NCBI GenBank assembly: GCA_963823555.1
Contig: CAWGMA010000004.1
Location: forward strand, 480,001 to 544,000
Length of the DNA: 64,000 bases
Direction of reading: 5' to 3'
Origin: Candidatus Eiseniibacteriota bacterium
GTDB lineage: Bacteria; Eisenbacteria; RBG-16-71-46; CAVPCR01
The notes beneath the pieces were generated by a model. The model was given only the letters and a program-made list of their open reading frames with translations. It was not told the origin of the DNA and did not search any database. Positions 21,986-30,637 of this stretch are shown here, in pieces. A program made the translations under genes and the position numbers. Position 1 is the stretch's first letter, and each line of letters starts with the position of its first letter.

Positions 21986-23248
21986 ATGCGAGCTTGCAAG
22001 GTGTGCGCGTTCTTGATCCTAGCCGCGTCGGCCGGGCTCGCGAGCGCTGGCACGTGGACGGAGCAAGTGTCGAACAGCAACGGCGAACTCTACGTCGTTC
22101 ATGCGGTCAGCGGTGACATCGTGTGGGCGGCAGGCGGTAATGCCCAGGTTGTGAGGACGACTGACGGGGGGGAGCATTGGGAATCTTACCCCACTCCCTC
22201 CGGTTCCCACTCGGCGCTCTTTGCCATCGACGCCGAGACCTGCGTCGTTGCCGGATACCCTGGACTCTTCTGGCGCACGACGAACGGCGGGGCGTCTTGG
22301 GATCAGGTTCATTATGTCGACACGTACATCAACGGTATCCACTTCTTCGACGCCCAGCATGGCTGGGCGGTCGGGGATCCCGTCGGGCAGAACTGGGTCA
22401 TCATTGAGACCACGGACGGTGGCGTGCACTGGTTGCCATCGCCGACTGCACCCCCCTCAGGGCCTGGGTTTGGGCTCAGCCGCTCATTCAGCTGGGTTGG
22501 CAGCCAAATCGGCGTCTTTGGTACCAATGCGGCAGCGATCTTGCGCACAGCGAATGGCGGTACCGACTGGAGCACGGTGGCGACGAATGTCCAGCAGGTG
22601 GCGGGGCTCGTGCTGAGCGAAAGGGGGATTGGGCTTGCGGGGGGGGACCTGGACGCGCTCGATCGCAGCACGGATGCCGGCCTGACCTGGCAGGCGATCC
22701 AGAGCCCGACGCCGGCTCGGCTACTCACCTTCGACTGGGTCGCAGGAACCGACGAAGTGTGGGGCTCGACACACATGCTAGGTGTTTTCCACAGCGCGAA
22801 CGCCGGCATCGACTGGGAAGGGCATGTCTTTGGTCAACCTTACTATGTATCCGAGGATATCGATTTCGCCAGCGCCAACACGGGTTGGTCGGTCGGGTAT
22901 GACTCGCGGAACGGGATGGGCCGGGTCTGGAAGTACACGACCACGACCGGAGTTGACGAAGGCGTCAGCGCACCGACGACTCTCTGTGTTTGGAGCTGCC
23001 CCAACCCGTTCACGACCAGCATCACGTTCGCGGTGGACTTGCCATCAGACGGCCGGATTGAGGTCGCGATTTACGATCTGACTGGCCGCGAGGTGGCGAT
23101 CCTGGAAGCTATGGAAGGCGCGGGACACCGCGAATTGCACTGGGACGGACGCAACATGTTTGGCCGTCCAGTCGCCAGCGGCATCTACGCCTACCGCATG
23201 ACGACTCCGACCGGGAGGGCTGCAGGCAGGATAGTGCGAATGCGATAG
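21986..23248 (+). CDS. YCF48/BNR-repeat beta-propeller with FlgD-Ig C-terminal domain
   Basis: Repeated T.DGG..W boxes, GWAVG; C-terminal PNPF, IYDLTGREV, WDGRN, SGIY; AAGGAGGT RBS. Confidence 0.88.
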   Translation: MRACKVCAFLILAASAGLASAGTWTEQVSNSNGELYVVHAVSGDIVWAAGGNAQVVRTTDGGEHWESYPTPSGSHSALFAIDAETCVVAGYPGLFWRTTNGGASWDQVHYVDTYINGIHFFDAQHGWAVGDPVGQNWVIIETTDGGVHWLPSPTAPPSGPGFGLSRSFSWVGSQIGVFGTNAAAILRTANGGTDWSTVATNVQQVAGLVLSERGIGLAGGDLDALDRSTDAGLTWQAIQSPTPARLLTFDWVAGTDEVWGSTHMLGVFHSANAGIDWEGHVFGQPYYVSEDIDFASANTGWSVGYDSRNGMGRVWKYTTTTGVDEGVSAPTTLCVWSCPNPFTTSITFAVDLPSDGRIEVAIYDLTGREVAILEAMEGAGHRELHWDGRNMFGRPVASGIYAYRMTTPTGRAAGRIVRMR

Positions 23249-23511
23249 AGCCGCCCGAACCCCGGGGCTGGACGCGCACGTCCGTTCGGCCCTGCTCCAT
23301 GCCATCTCCCTGGCCGCCACGGAATGGACTGTCCGTTCCGAAAACTCCGTATCGCGGGTCCTTTGCACGTCTGGGGGCCTGATCGACCCCGCTGAAGCGG
23401 TCCACCGACTTCAGGATGCGGTTCGGACCCGCGATTCCTCCTGCCAGCGCGCCCGTCGCTGTGCGCCTGAGATGATCGCCACTGGCGCGGCGCACGAGAT
23501 GGCACGCGATT

Positions 23512-23690
23512 TCATTCGATTCTCGCTTCCCACGGCGTCCGCCCGCCCAACGCCTGGCTCGGTCGGTGCAGGTTGTGCCAGAAGACATACAGCGCGATCT
23601 GAGGCGGCGGGCGATCTTGAGGGTCAGGGCCTCGATCTCGGCGGTGGTGGGTGTGGGGAGCGGACCGAAGTCGAGCTGCCTCCTCCCCGA
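23512..23690 (-). mobile_element. Mosaic transposase debris (rve integrase C-terminus joined to an IS91-like fragment)
   Basis: YVFWHNLHRPSQALGGRTP resembles an integrase core C-terminus; FGPLPTPTTAEIEALTLKIARRL resembles IS91-like transposases. Confidence 0.5.
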
Positions 23691-24202
23691 TGGGCTCTTC
23701 GTCCCCCTCACCGATGGTGACCCGGACCGATGACGAGAGCGAGACCGCGGCCCTCCTCGAGGCGATCGCCGCCGCACTCCAGAGCGACCTCGCCGCTGCG
23801 TTGTCGTGACGTCGATCGGGAACCTGCCGCGGTCCCTCTTCGTGCTGGACTCCGGATGGGTTGCGGCCCGAGGCTGGCCCCCTACCGGACGACACGCGCG
23901 CTGGCAGCCTGGAGGGCCTCAAGGTGCCGGGCCGGGGAGGACGCGGATGATTGTTGGCCCGGCCGGCCGGCCTCGCACCCGGGGCTTGACCGGCCGTCCC
24001 GGGGAGGCTTAGATAGTGGCATACGCGCGAGCGGGCCGCACGGCGGCCGCAGAACAACGGGGAGGTAGCGCACCGAACACACGAGCACCGCGTGGAGGGT
24101 CCTGAAAGGGACTGGGACCGCAAGGGCATGGGCGGTGGCACTCATCGCAAGCGACGTGGAGCGATGCTCGATCATGAGGGAGACAAGCAAAGGAGAGGTA
24201 GG

Positions 24203-24313
24203 ATGGGAGACAAGGGCAAGAAGGACAAGGACAAAGGCAAGAAACAGAAGACAAGTAAGCACGACCAAGCGGAAAAGAAGAAGCAGGAGAAGCAACCGAA
24301 GCGAACCCCGTGA
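24203..24313 (+). CDS. 36-aa lysine-rich small protein
   Basis: MGDKGKKDKDKGKKQKTSKHDQAEKKKQEKQPKRTP preceded by an AGGAGAGG RBS. Confidence 0.55.
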   Translation: MGDKGKKDKDKGKKQKTSKHDQAEKKKQEKQPKRTP

Positions 24314-24510
24314 CCTCGGTGTCCAGGTCAGGGCGAGCATCCTGACCATGGTGACACCGCTAGCGGCAGTGGCGAAAGAGACCGGGAGTGTCTGCAGTTC
24401 ATCCGCAGCCAAGGGGGCCTCGCGGGTAGACGTCGAAGCGGCAAGTCTTCTCGTTGAGCCCATGGGTGCGGAGCCACTCCCCCAGGCGTGTGGCGGGGGG
24501 AGAGTGGTCC

Positions 24511-25488
24511 ATGGCCAGAGAGCATATCGAAGCCCCGGCGGGCAGGAGGATGGCTGCCTCCTTGGCGGCGCACTGGACGGACTCATCCCCGGAATTTGAG
24601 CGGCATTTCACAAACCTGGTCTATCGGATCCGCGGGTCCTCCGGTCCCTGGTACCTGCGGATCACCCCCGTCACTCATCGATCCGAGCAGCAGATCCTCT
24701 CCGAACTGGAGGTGGTGCGCCACCTCGGTGCGTGCGGAGTCCCCTGCTCGCAGCCGGTCCCGGCGCGCGACGGCCGGCTGATGCACGTCGGCGAGATGGA
24801 TGGCCTTCCCCACATCGGATGTGTATTCGAGGCGGCCCCAGGGGTCGTGTTCACGGATGCGGCCGTGCCCGATCAGACCGCCTTTTTCAAGAGCGCCGGA
24901 AGACTCATCGGCCGAGTGCACGCGGGCCTGCGGTCCTTCGACCGGTCGCCCGAGTTCGCGCGCTTCACCGGGGACCAGGACCGCTGGGACGGTTTTGCCG
25001 ACCACGTCCCGAGAGGGGAAACGGCGGCCTGGGCGCTCCATGATGACCTCCGGGCCTGGCTGTCCGAACAGCCGAAGGACGAGACGCACTACGGGCTCGT
25101 CCACGGCGACTTCACGGTCATGAACCTGCGCATCGAAGGCCAGACCATCACCCTCTTCGACTTCGATGCGTGCTGTGATCACTGGTACGCCTACGAGATT
25201 GCGACCTTTCTCCACTACTTTGGCGCACGCCCGGACCGCCGAGAGCTGGCGTACAACAACGTCCTCGAGGGCTATGCCGCCACCTCCTCGGTCGACGATG
25301 CACTCCGGCGCCAGATCCCCCGGTTCGGCCAGATGCGCCTGCTCTACTCGTTCTTGGTGTTCGCCGAGGAATGGGGATTCGAACGACTCACGCCGGAGCG
25401 CGAGGCGTACTTCGAGCTTCGGCGGCGTCTGTTCCAGGCGAGACCGACCTGGTCGGAGCCGGGCGGAACGGCGGAAGGTAGGGTGTGA
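24511..25488 (+). CDS. APH/homoserine-kinase-II-like phosphotransferase
   Basis: NLVYR, YLRIT, Brenner motif HGDF..MN, FDFD..C..WYAYEIA. Confidence 0.88.
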   Translation: MAREHIEAPAGRRMAASLAAHWTDSSPEFERHFTNLVYRIRGSSGPWYLRITPVTHRSEQQILSELEVVRHLGACGVPCSQPVPARDGRLMHVGEMDGLPHIGCVFEAAPGVVFTDAAVPDQTAFFKSAGRLIGRVHAGLRSFDRSPEFARFTGDQDRWDGFADHVPRGETAAWALHDDLRAWLSEQPKDETHYGLVHGDFTVMNLRIEGQTITLFDFDACCDHWYAYEIATFLHYFGARPDRRELAYNNVLEGYAATSSVDDALRRQIPRFGQMRLLYSFLVFAEEWGFERLTPEREAYFELRRRLFQARPTWSEPGGTAEGRV

Positions 25489-25648
25489 TTGCGAGCGTGC
25501 TGGGAACGGAAGGACCCCGGGTGGAGGACAGCCCAGGTCGAAAGGACTCGCCGCATCCCATGAACTGAATGGGGCTTGTTCCGCCGGCGTACGCTGCGCG
25601 GCGAGCCGACAGCTGTTCGGAGCAGGCAAGCTTGTCAGCGCCATCCCA

Positions 25649-26395
25649 TCAGCGCGTGACGATCACCTTGACCGTCTGCGATCTTTCCCCCTGCGCGAGC
25701 CGTGCGAAGTAGATGCCGGGGTTGATCGGGCCCCGCCCGGCGAGGTCCACGACGTGCGACCCAGCACCTAGCGCGCCAACTTCCTTGGATGCCACATGCC
25801 GCCCGGCCACGTCGAAAAGCGAGAGCTCGGCCGGCGCGGCGTTCGGCAGGTTGAACGACACCTCCACTCGGTCGCCGCGCGACGGGTTCGGGGAAGCGCC
25901 CCTCAGCGCGAAATCAGCCGGAATTGGCGGGCCGTCCACGCTGGTGACGGCCGCGGTGAACAGCGCGAAGGCCGCGTCCCCGGAGGGCGCCGTGAACCGG
26001 CAGTCGGTGGGCGGCCCGTCCTTGAAGCCCTCGGTCAGGTGTTGGCAGCGGAAGTGGTAGCCGTCGCCGCCCGTGCCGCGGGCGATGCTCCAGCCCGGGA
26101 ACCCCCACTGCCATCCATCGTCGTGCCTCCGAAGACGCCCGCATACATCTCGCCGGCATTGCCGCTGTTTTCGTACTCCACCAGGGGCGGATGCGCGACA
26201 TCGGGTTCGCTCCCGCCCACGCTGGATGCGTAGATCGCCACAGTGAAGTTCACCACCGGGCTGTTTCCACCATACGCGGGGTCGTACGCTCCGCGCCATT
26301 CGACCGAGTCGACGTCCGCATCGTAGCCCAGCACAAATCGGTCCCACACGTACTCGTCGTAGTTGCTGCCATCCGGATCCCACCAGGAAGAGCGC
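25649..26395 (-). pseudogene. 5'-truncated, frameshifted secreted protein with FlgD/sorting C-terminal domain
   Basis: WWDPDGSNYDEYVWDRF... in one frame and ...SPNPSRG..LFDVAGR..PGIYFARL in another; no signal peptide; begins at the oriIS-like repeat. Confidence 0.7.
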
Positions 26396-26463
26396 ATAAG
26401 ATATTTCATCGGGCTTTTGGCCTGACCTCAAGTGTAGGACGGGGGATTGGGGAAGGGCAGGAG
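26390..26463 (-). repeat. oriIS-like repeat copy 1
   Basis: About 74 bp matching 28344-28417 with about 9 mismatches and 1 gap by eye; minus strand ends TGAAATATCTTATGCGCTC; lies 3' of the IS91 transposase remnant. Confidence 0.7.
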
Positions 26464-26679
26464 CGTGTCGGGGGGGAGCGGAGGGGCCCATGGCGCCGCG
26501 ATGGCACGGCGGGGCGATGGCATCGGGCGTCGGTGGGCGCGGCGTACTGCGACCGCACGGAGTTGTCCCATCACTCCGGCGGGATGCGCGGAGCGTCGCG
26601 GGGTTCGCTGCCGTTTTGGGGCGGGCCGGTGGTGGTGGCATGGCTTGCCCATAGCCCCGTCACCAGCGCGGGTGAGGTG

Positions 26680-27320
26680 TCACGACGGTGGCGGCCGGGC
26701 CGATGGAGACCGCGAGGCGGGGGGTGCCTCACCAACATCGTCCACGCGATCGTGGTCGAGCGGCGCTGCCTCATCCCACATCTCAAGCGGGAGCTCGGTT
26801 GCGTCGGCTCGCGCCAGCGCTGGTGGTGCGGTGGGCAGGCGGAGATGGCGGAGGATCGAGGTCAGCACCTTGGGGTCGGAGATGAGGGCGAGGACGGCCA
26901 TGGCGGAGGTGCAGCGGGGACAGCGCAGGGCGTCGATGTGGAACACGCGGCAGAGCAGCTGGGCCAGGGGAGCGAGCGTCGACGGCGGGGCATGGTGGTG
27001 GCGGGTGGGGGCGCCGCAAGCGGCGCGGTCGGAGTGAGCTCGGCTTCGGGGTCACGGTGCGGCTGATCGCTGGCGGTACGAGCGAGGTCGCACCCTGGGC
27101 GTGGGGCCAGGGTCGGCGCAGGTGGTAGACGATGCGACCGTCGCTGCGGCGTGCGAGGCGGCCCTGGGCGAAGGGAGCGCGCAGGCGGTAGCGGCAGAGG
27201 CGCTCGAGGGCAAGCCGATCGCCGGCGGCGACGGCGTGGGCGGCGTGAAGGGAGAAGCCGGCGACCTTGGCGCAGAGCGGTTTGGGTTCGGGCTCCCGGT
27301 CTTCGGGAAGCGCGAGCTGG
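26680..27320 (-). mobile_element. IS91-family (rolling-circle Y2) transposase remnant
   Basis: GFSLHAAHAV..DRLALERLCRY...DGRIVYHLRRPW and C-terminal FHIDALRCPRC...ISDPKVLTSILRHL; internally deleted. Confidence 0.8.
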
Positions 27321-27337
27321 GGTGAGGGAAGGGGTGG

Positions 27338-28021
27338 TCAGCGCTGGTTGTCGAGGAGCCCCACCACGAGGGCGTTGCCTAAAGGATACGGTTGTCCATA
27401 GGGAACATCCTTGACGCCGTCCCAGCCGGTTTCGACCCAATGGTTGAATTTGGAGAGGCGCTTCATGAACGTAACGGTGGTGAACGGCAGCCGGCCCTGC
27501 GCCAGCAGCCCGTCCAAGAAGGCGTTGTGGCCGAGCGGGAAGGTCAAGACCGCCTTTCCGCCGGGCTTGAGGACGCGGGTCTGCAGGTTGTCGAACGCTT
27601 GGAGCACGCGTTCGGGATCCCGGGGGGCTTCGTCCCAGCCGATGTGCTCGAACGTTGAAACGCTGAGGACCGTGTCGTAGGGGTGGTGGGGATGGAAATC
27701 CGCGATGTCGGCATTGATCACGCCGGGGCCGCTTTCGTATTTGTCCAGGATGTCGTGGCGGACGGGGAAATAATGCGACAGGACGTTGCCAACCTCCAGC
27801 ACCCGCGGCCCCGCGGCGCGCAGGGCTTCGCGCGCGATGGGAATTTCCACGCACCGTTCCGACCTGGCCGTCAGATTGTAATCGGACCAAAAGTAGCCGC
27901 AGGTTTTGCCTTGGAAGACGAAAGTCGGCCGTATCGCCTGGTAGAAGAGACGCAGGACCTTGTACAGCAAGCGCCGGCTGAAGGGGGGCTTGACCGGGAC
28001 GCCCGGCGGATAAGAACTCAT
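27338..28021 (-). CDS. Class I SAM-dependent methyltransferase-like protein
   Basis: ERCVEIP, RVLEVGNV, DILDKYE, SVSTFEHIG, LKPGG. Confidence 0.8.
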   Translation of the reverse strand: MSSYPPGVPVKPPFSRRLLYKVLRLFYQAIRPTFVFQGKTCGYFWSDYNLTARSERCVEIPIAREALRAAGPRVLEVGNVLSHYFPVRHDILDKYESGPGVINADIADFHPHHPYDTVLSVSTFEHIGWDEAPRDPERVLQAFDNLQTRVLKPGGKAVLTFPLGHNAFLDGLLAQGRLPFTTVTFMKRLSKFNHWVETGWDGVKDVPYGQPYPLGNALVVGLLDNQR

Positions 28022-28122
28022 CGCAAACTTGCAGTACGTCTCTTCATCAGGGCACGGTCCTCTGTTGGCGGATGGAATGAGGTAACTATATCAAACTTGC
28101 CGGTGAAAAACGAAGAAGCCGG

Positions 28123-28345
28123 TCAGGGTTTCGGGGTGCTCTTGAGGAGGGCGTTCACGCGCTCAAGGGCTTGGGAGGCGCTGGCGTGCCGGGGGTTCAT
28201 TCTGCTCATTCTCAAGACGTCTTGGAAGACGGCGCGGGTCCGCTCGCAGTCCCCATTGCCGTAAAGGCGCAGGCGCTCCCTGTATTGTCTTCGGCGGTTC
28301 CTTCCTCCACGCCGGCGGGGACGAAGAGCTTTTCGCTGCCCATGA
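28123..28345 (-). pseudogene. C-terminal fragment of a TPR-like gene
   Basis: ...YGNGDCERTRAVFQDVLRMSRMNPRHASASQALERV...KP-stop, cut at the second oriIS-like repeat. Confidence 0.35.
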
Positions 28346-28417
28346 GCGCATAGGAGAATTCACCGGGCCTTTTGGCCAGATCTCGAGTGTAGGACGGGGA
28401 ATTGGGGAAGGGTAGGA
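28344..28417 (-). repeat. oriIS-like repeat copy 2
   Basis: Similar to 26390-26463; minus strand ends TGAATTCTCCTATGCGCTC. Confidence 0.7.
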
Positions 28418-28695
28418 CGGCGCTTCTCGGTCATGCGCCAGGCCGGTTGCGTGCATCTTAAGCGGATCGCATCAAGCATCCGCTGCGGCTATCAGATGTG
28501 CCGTAACTGAAGTCCTGGCAGCGCGATCGTATTCTCGGACACTACGGGGACAGGGGTGAGTGGGGTGCCGGAAACCCGCGCCGCGCCGCCCGGCTCTCTG
28601 AATCGCTGCCGAGAGCCTCGCTTGTTTCACTACAGCGTCTGCTCTGGACCCCGGAAGGATACCGCATGCGAAACGCGTTGCACTCCTCGATCCTA

Positions 28696-29319
28696 CTACC
28701 AGTGTCGTGAGCTGCCGTTGCTCATCAGCCGCTTCGATCCTGCGGGCTCGGTCGTCTCACTGTAGATCGCCCAGTCCGAGACGATCCCCGTATGTCCCGC
28801 ACCGCTGTCGACGATGGTGCGATAGAAGGCACCGTCGGCGTCGCGGCCTTCGAAGACCTCGAGTGAGGCCACCTCGCCGACGGCTTGCCACCCCTCGTCC
28901 TTGAAGAAGTAGGTGCCACGCAGCTCGATCGGATACGCCCAGAGCTCCGTGCCCTCGCATGGATTCATGCGGGCAAGGTAAATCTCGAGCACCGAGCTTG
29001 TGTCATAGGTGCCGTCACGGTCGGCATCATAGTGCAGCGCCAACACCAGATCGCCAGAATAGGGGTGGGAGACCGAAAGCGCTACCATTAGGTCGCGGAT
29101 CGTCCGCGTGTTGCCTGAGAACGAAAGTGGACCGATCGTCAGCCCGGCGGGATCGTTGTCGGGGATGGCGGCCGACGTGCCTAATGTGGCGCAATCGTGC
29201 TCGGCGAGGCAGTCGGCGTACGCGTGGCCGCGGATCTCCTGAGCAGCCGGGCCGCTCGCGATGGTTCCGAGTCCCATGTGCAACGCAGCGACCGTGGTGA
29301 TCAAGCTTGGCTTCCACAT
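28696..29319 (-). CDS. Secreted proprotein-convertase P-domain protein
   Basis: Signal peptide, AIPDND, SHPYSGDL, D...G.TG...W; GGAGGA RBS. Confidence 0.7.
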   Translation of the reverse strand: MWKPSLITTVAALHMGLGTIASGPAAQEIRGHAYADCLAEHDCATLGTSAAIPDNDPAGLTIGPLSFSGNTRTIRDLMVALSVSHPYSGDLVLALHYDADRDGTYDTSSVLEIYLARMNPCEGTELWAYPIELRGTYFFKDEGWQAVGEVASLEVFEGRDADGAFYRTIVDSGAGHTGIVSDWAIYSETTEPAGSKRLMSNGSSRHW

Positions 29320-29552
29320 GATTCCTCCTCCGATCGACAAGGGTTGTTCCTCGACTGTGGCTAAGTTCTTGAACTGCCTACCTTGCCGTCCGATCTAGCA
29401 TGCGGATTTTTGGGTCAAGCTGTGCCAGCCAAAATGCCGGGTCCCGTTGGCCTCGTACTCGGTCCGCAAGACCTCTGTTGACCGGGGGTTGTGGGGCTCC
29501 GCCTACGGTTCTGTGCTGTATGGATGGGTCCTTCTATCGGTAGGAGAGCGTT

Positions 29553-30252
29553 TTGAGCCAGTCGGCCCCCCCCCCACGATCTCACGATACTGTTGCTCGA
29601 GCTCGGATCCGACACCTGCCGCGATCCCCGAGCCGCGTCGCGCATCTTCGAGCTGGTGCATGGCGAGCTACGACGTGTGGCGGCCGATCTCATGCGCCAC
29701 GAGCGGCCGAACCACACCCTCCAGCCCACAGCCCTGGTGAACGAGGCGTACCTGCGCCTCGTCGATGGCACGCGCGTCGAGTGGCAGAACCGGGCGCACT
29801 TCTTCGGCATTGCTGCGCGCGCGATGCGACAGATCCTTGTCGATCATGCGCGCGAGCTCGCCGCCGCCAAGCGTGGCGGTGGCTGGCAACGCGTGACGCT
29901 CGATGAGCGTCTGGACGTCGTGTCGGAGGGCGAGATCGATGTGGTCGATCTGGACGCTGCTCTGTCGCAGCTTGCCGAGATGGATGTGCGCATGGCGCGG
30001 ATCGTCGAGCTGCGGTTCTTCGCCGGGCTGACGGCGGAGGAGGTGGCCGAGGTGCTGGACATCTCGCGGCGTACCGTGCAGCGCGAGTGGCGCGTGGCGC
30101 GGATGTGGATGCGCCGGGAGCTCTCGGGAGACCGTGAGGTACCGCATGGTGTCGCGCCCAAGTCGAACGCGTTCAGGGTCCCATACGGAGGCTTGCGCAC
30201 CCGTAGACTCTCCAATCCGCAATCCCACAACGACTTCCATCCCGGAGAGTAG
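29553..30252 (+). CDS. ECF sigma factor (TIGR02999-like, normally kinase-associated), with a frameshift in a C10 tract
   Basis: HTLQPTALVNEAYLRL, WQNRAHFF, AMRQILVDHAR, KRGGG, VELRFFAGL, REWRVAR; TTG start after AGGAG is out of frame across C10 at 29566-29575. Confidence 0.88.
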
Positions 30253-30519
30253 TTGAACCTCACCCCGCTCTGCGCAGAGAACGGTTAGTACATGGTCGCA
30301 TCCGCCGACCCGGTGGACGGGGTGGGCGAAAACGGGCGGACTTGTTGAACAGGGCCTCGGTCTATTGACGGATCGGGGCCTTCGTATGTGGCGACTTCGG
30401 CCAGACATCGGGCTCTCGGGCGACGGCTTGACACCGTGATCCTTACTTGCCACAACTGCCCACGGGGTGGCCGCTCCTCGAGGCCCGATCGAGCTCTCTC
30501 GTTGAGGGAAAGAGATGAA

Positions 30520-30560
30520 GCCCGAACCGGAGGAGGATCTCTCCGTACCGGCTCGGGCTC
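30520..30560. terminator. GC hairpin downstream of gene 30595-32598
   Basis: GCCCGAACCGG...CCGGCTCGGGC stem. Confidence 0.5.
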
Positions 30561-30594
30561 CCGCGTCGAGGCGATTGAGTCTTCTATCTGGGAT

Positions 30595-30637
30595 CTACTT
30601 GAGCACGATCATGCGCCTTGTGGCGCTGAACGATCCT
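30595..30637 (-). repeat. 43-bp direct repeat copy 2 (gene 3' end)
   Basis: Identical to 20780-20822. Confidence 0.92.

Noticed and set aside
30428..30456. TTGACA promoter-like element
   Set aside because: Weak -10 box and no downstream plus-strand gene
20823..30594. Integron cassette array or prophage as the explanation for the island
   Set aside because: No intI, no convincing attC (RYYYAAC...GTTRRRY) pairs found by eye, mixed gene orientations and no phage genes
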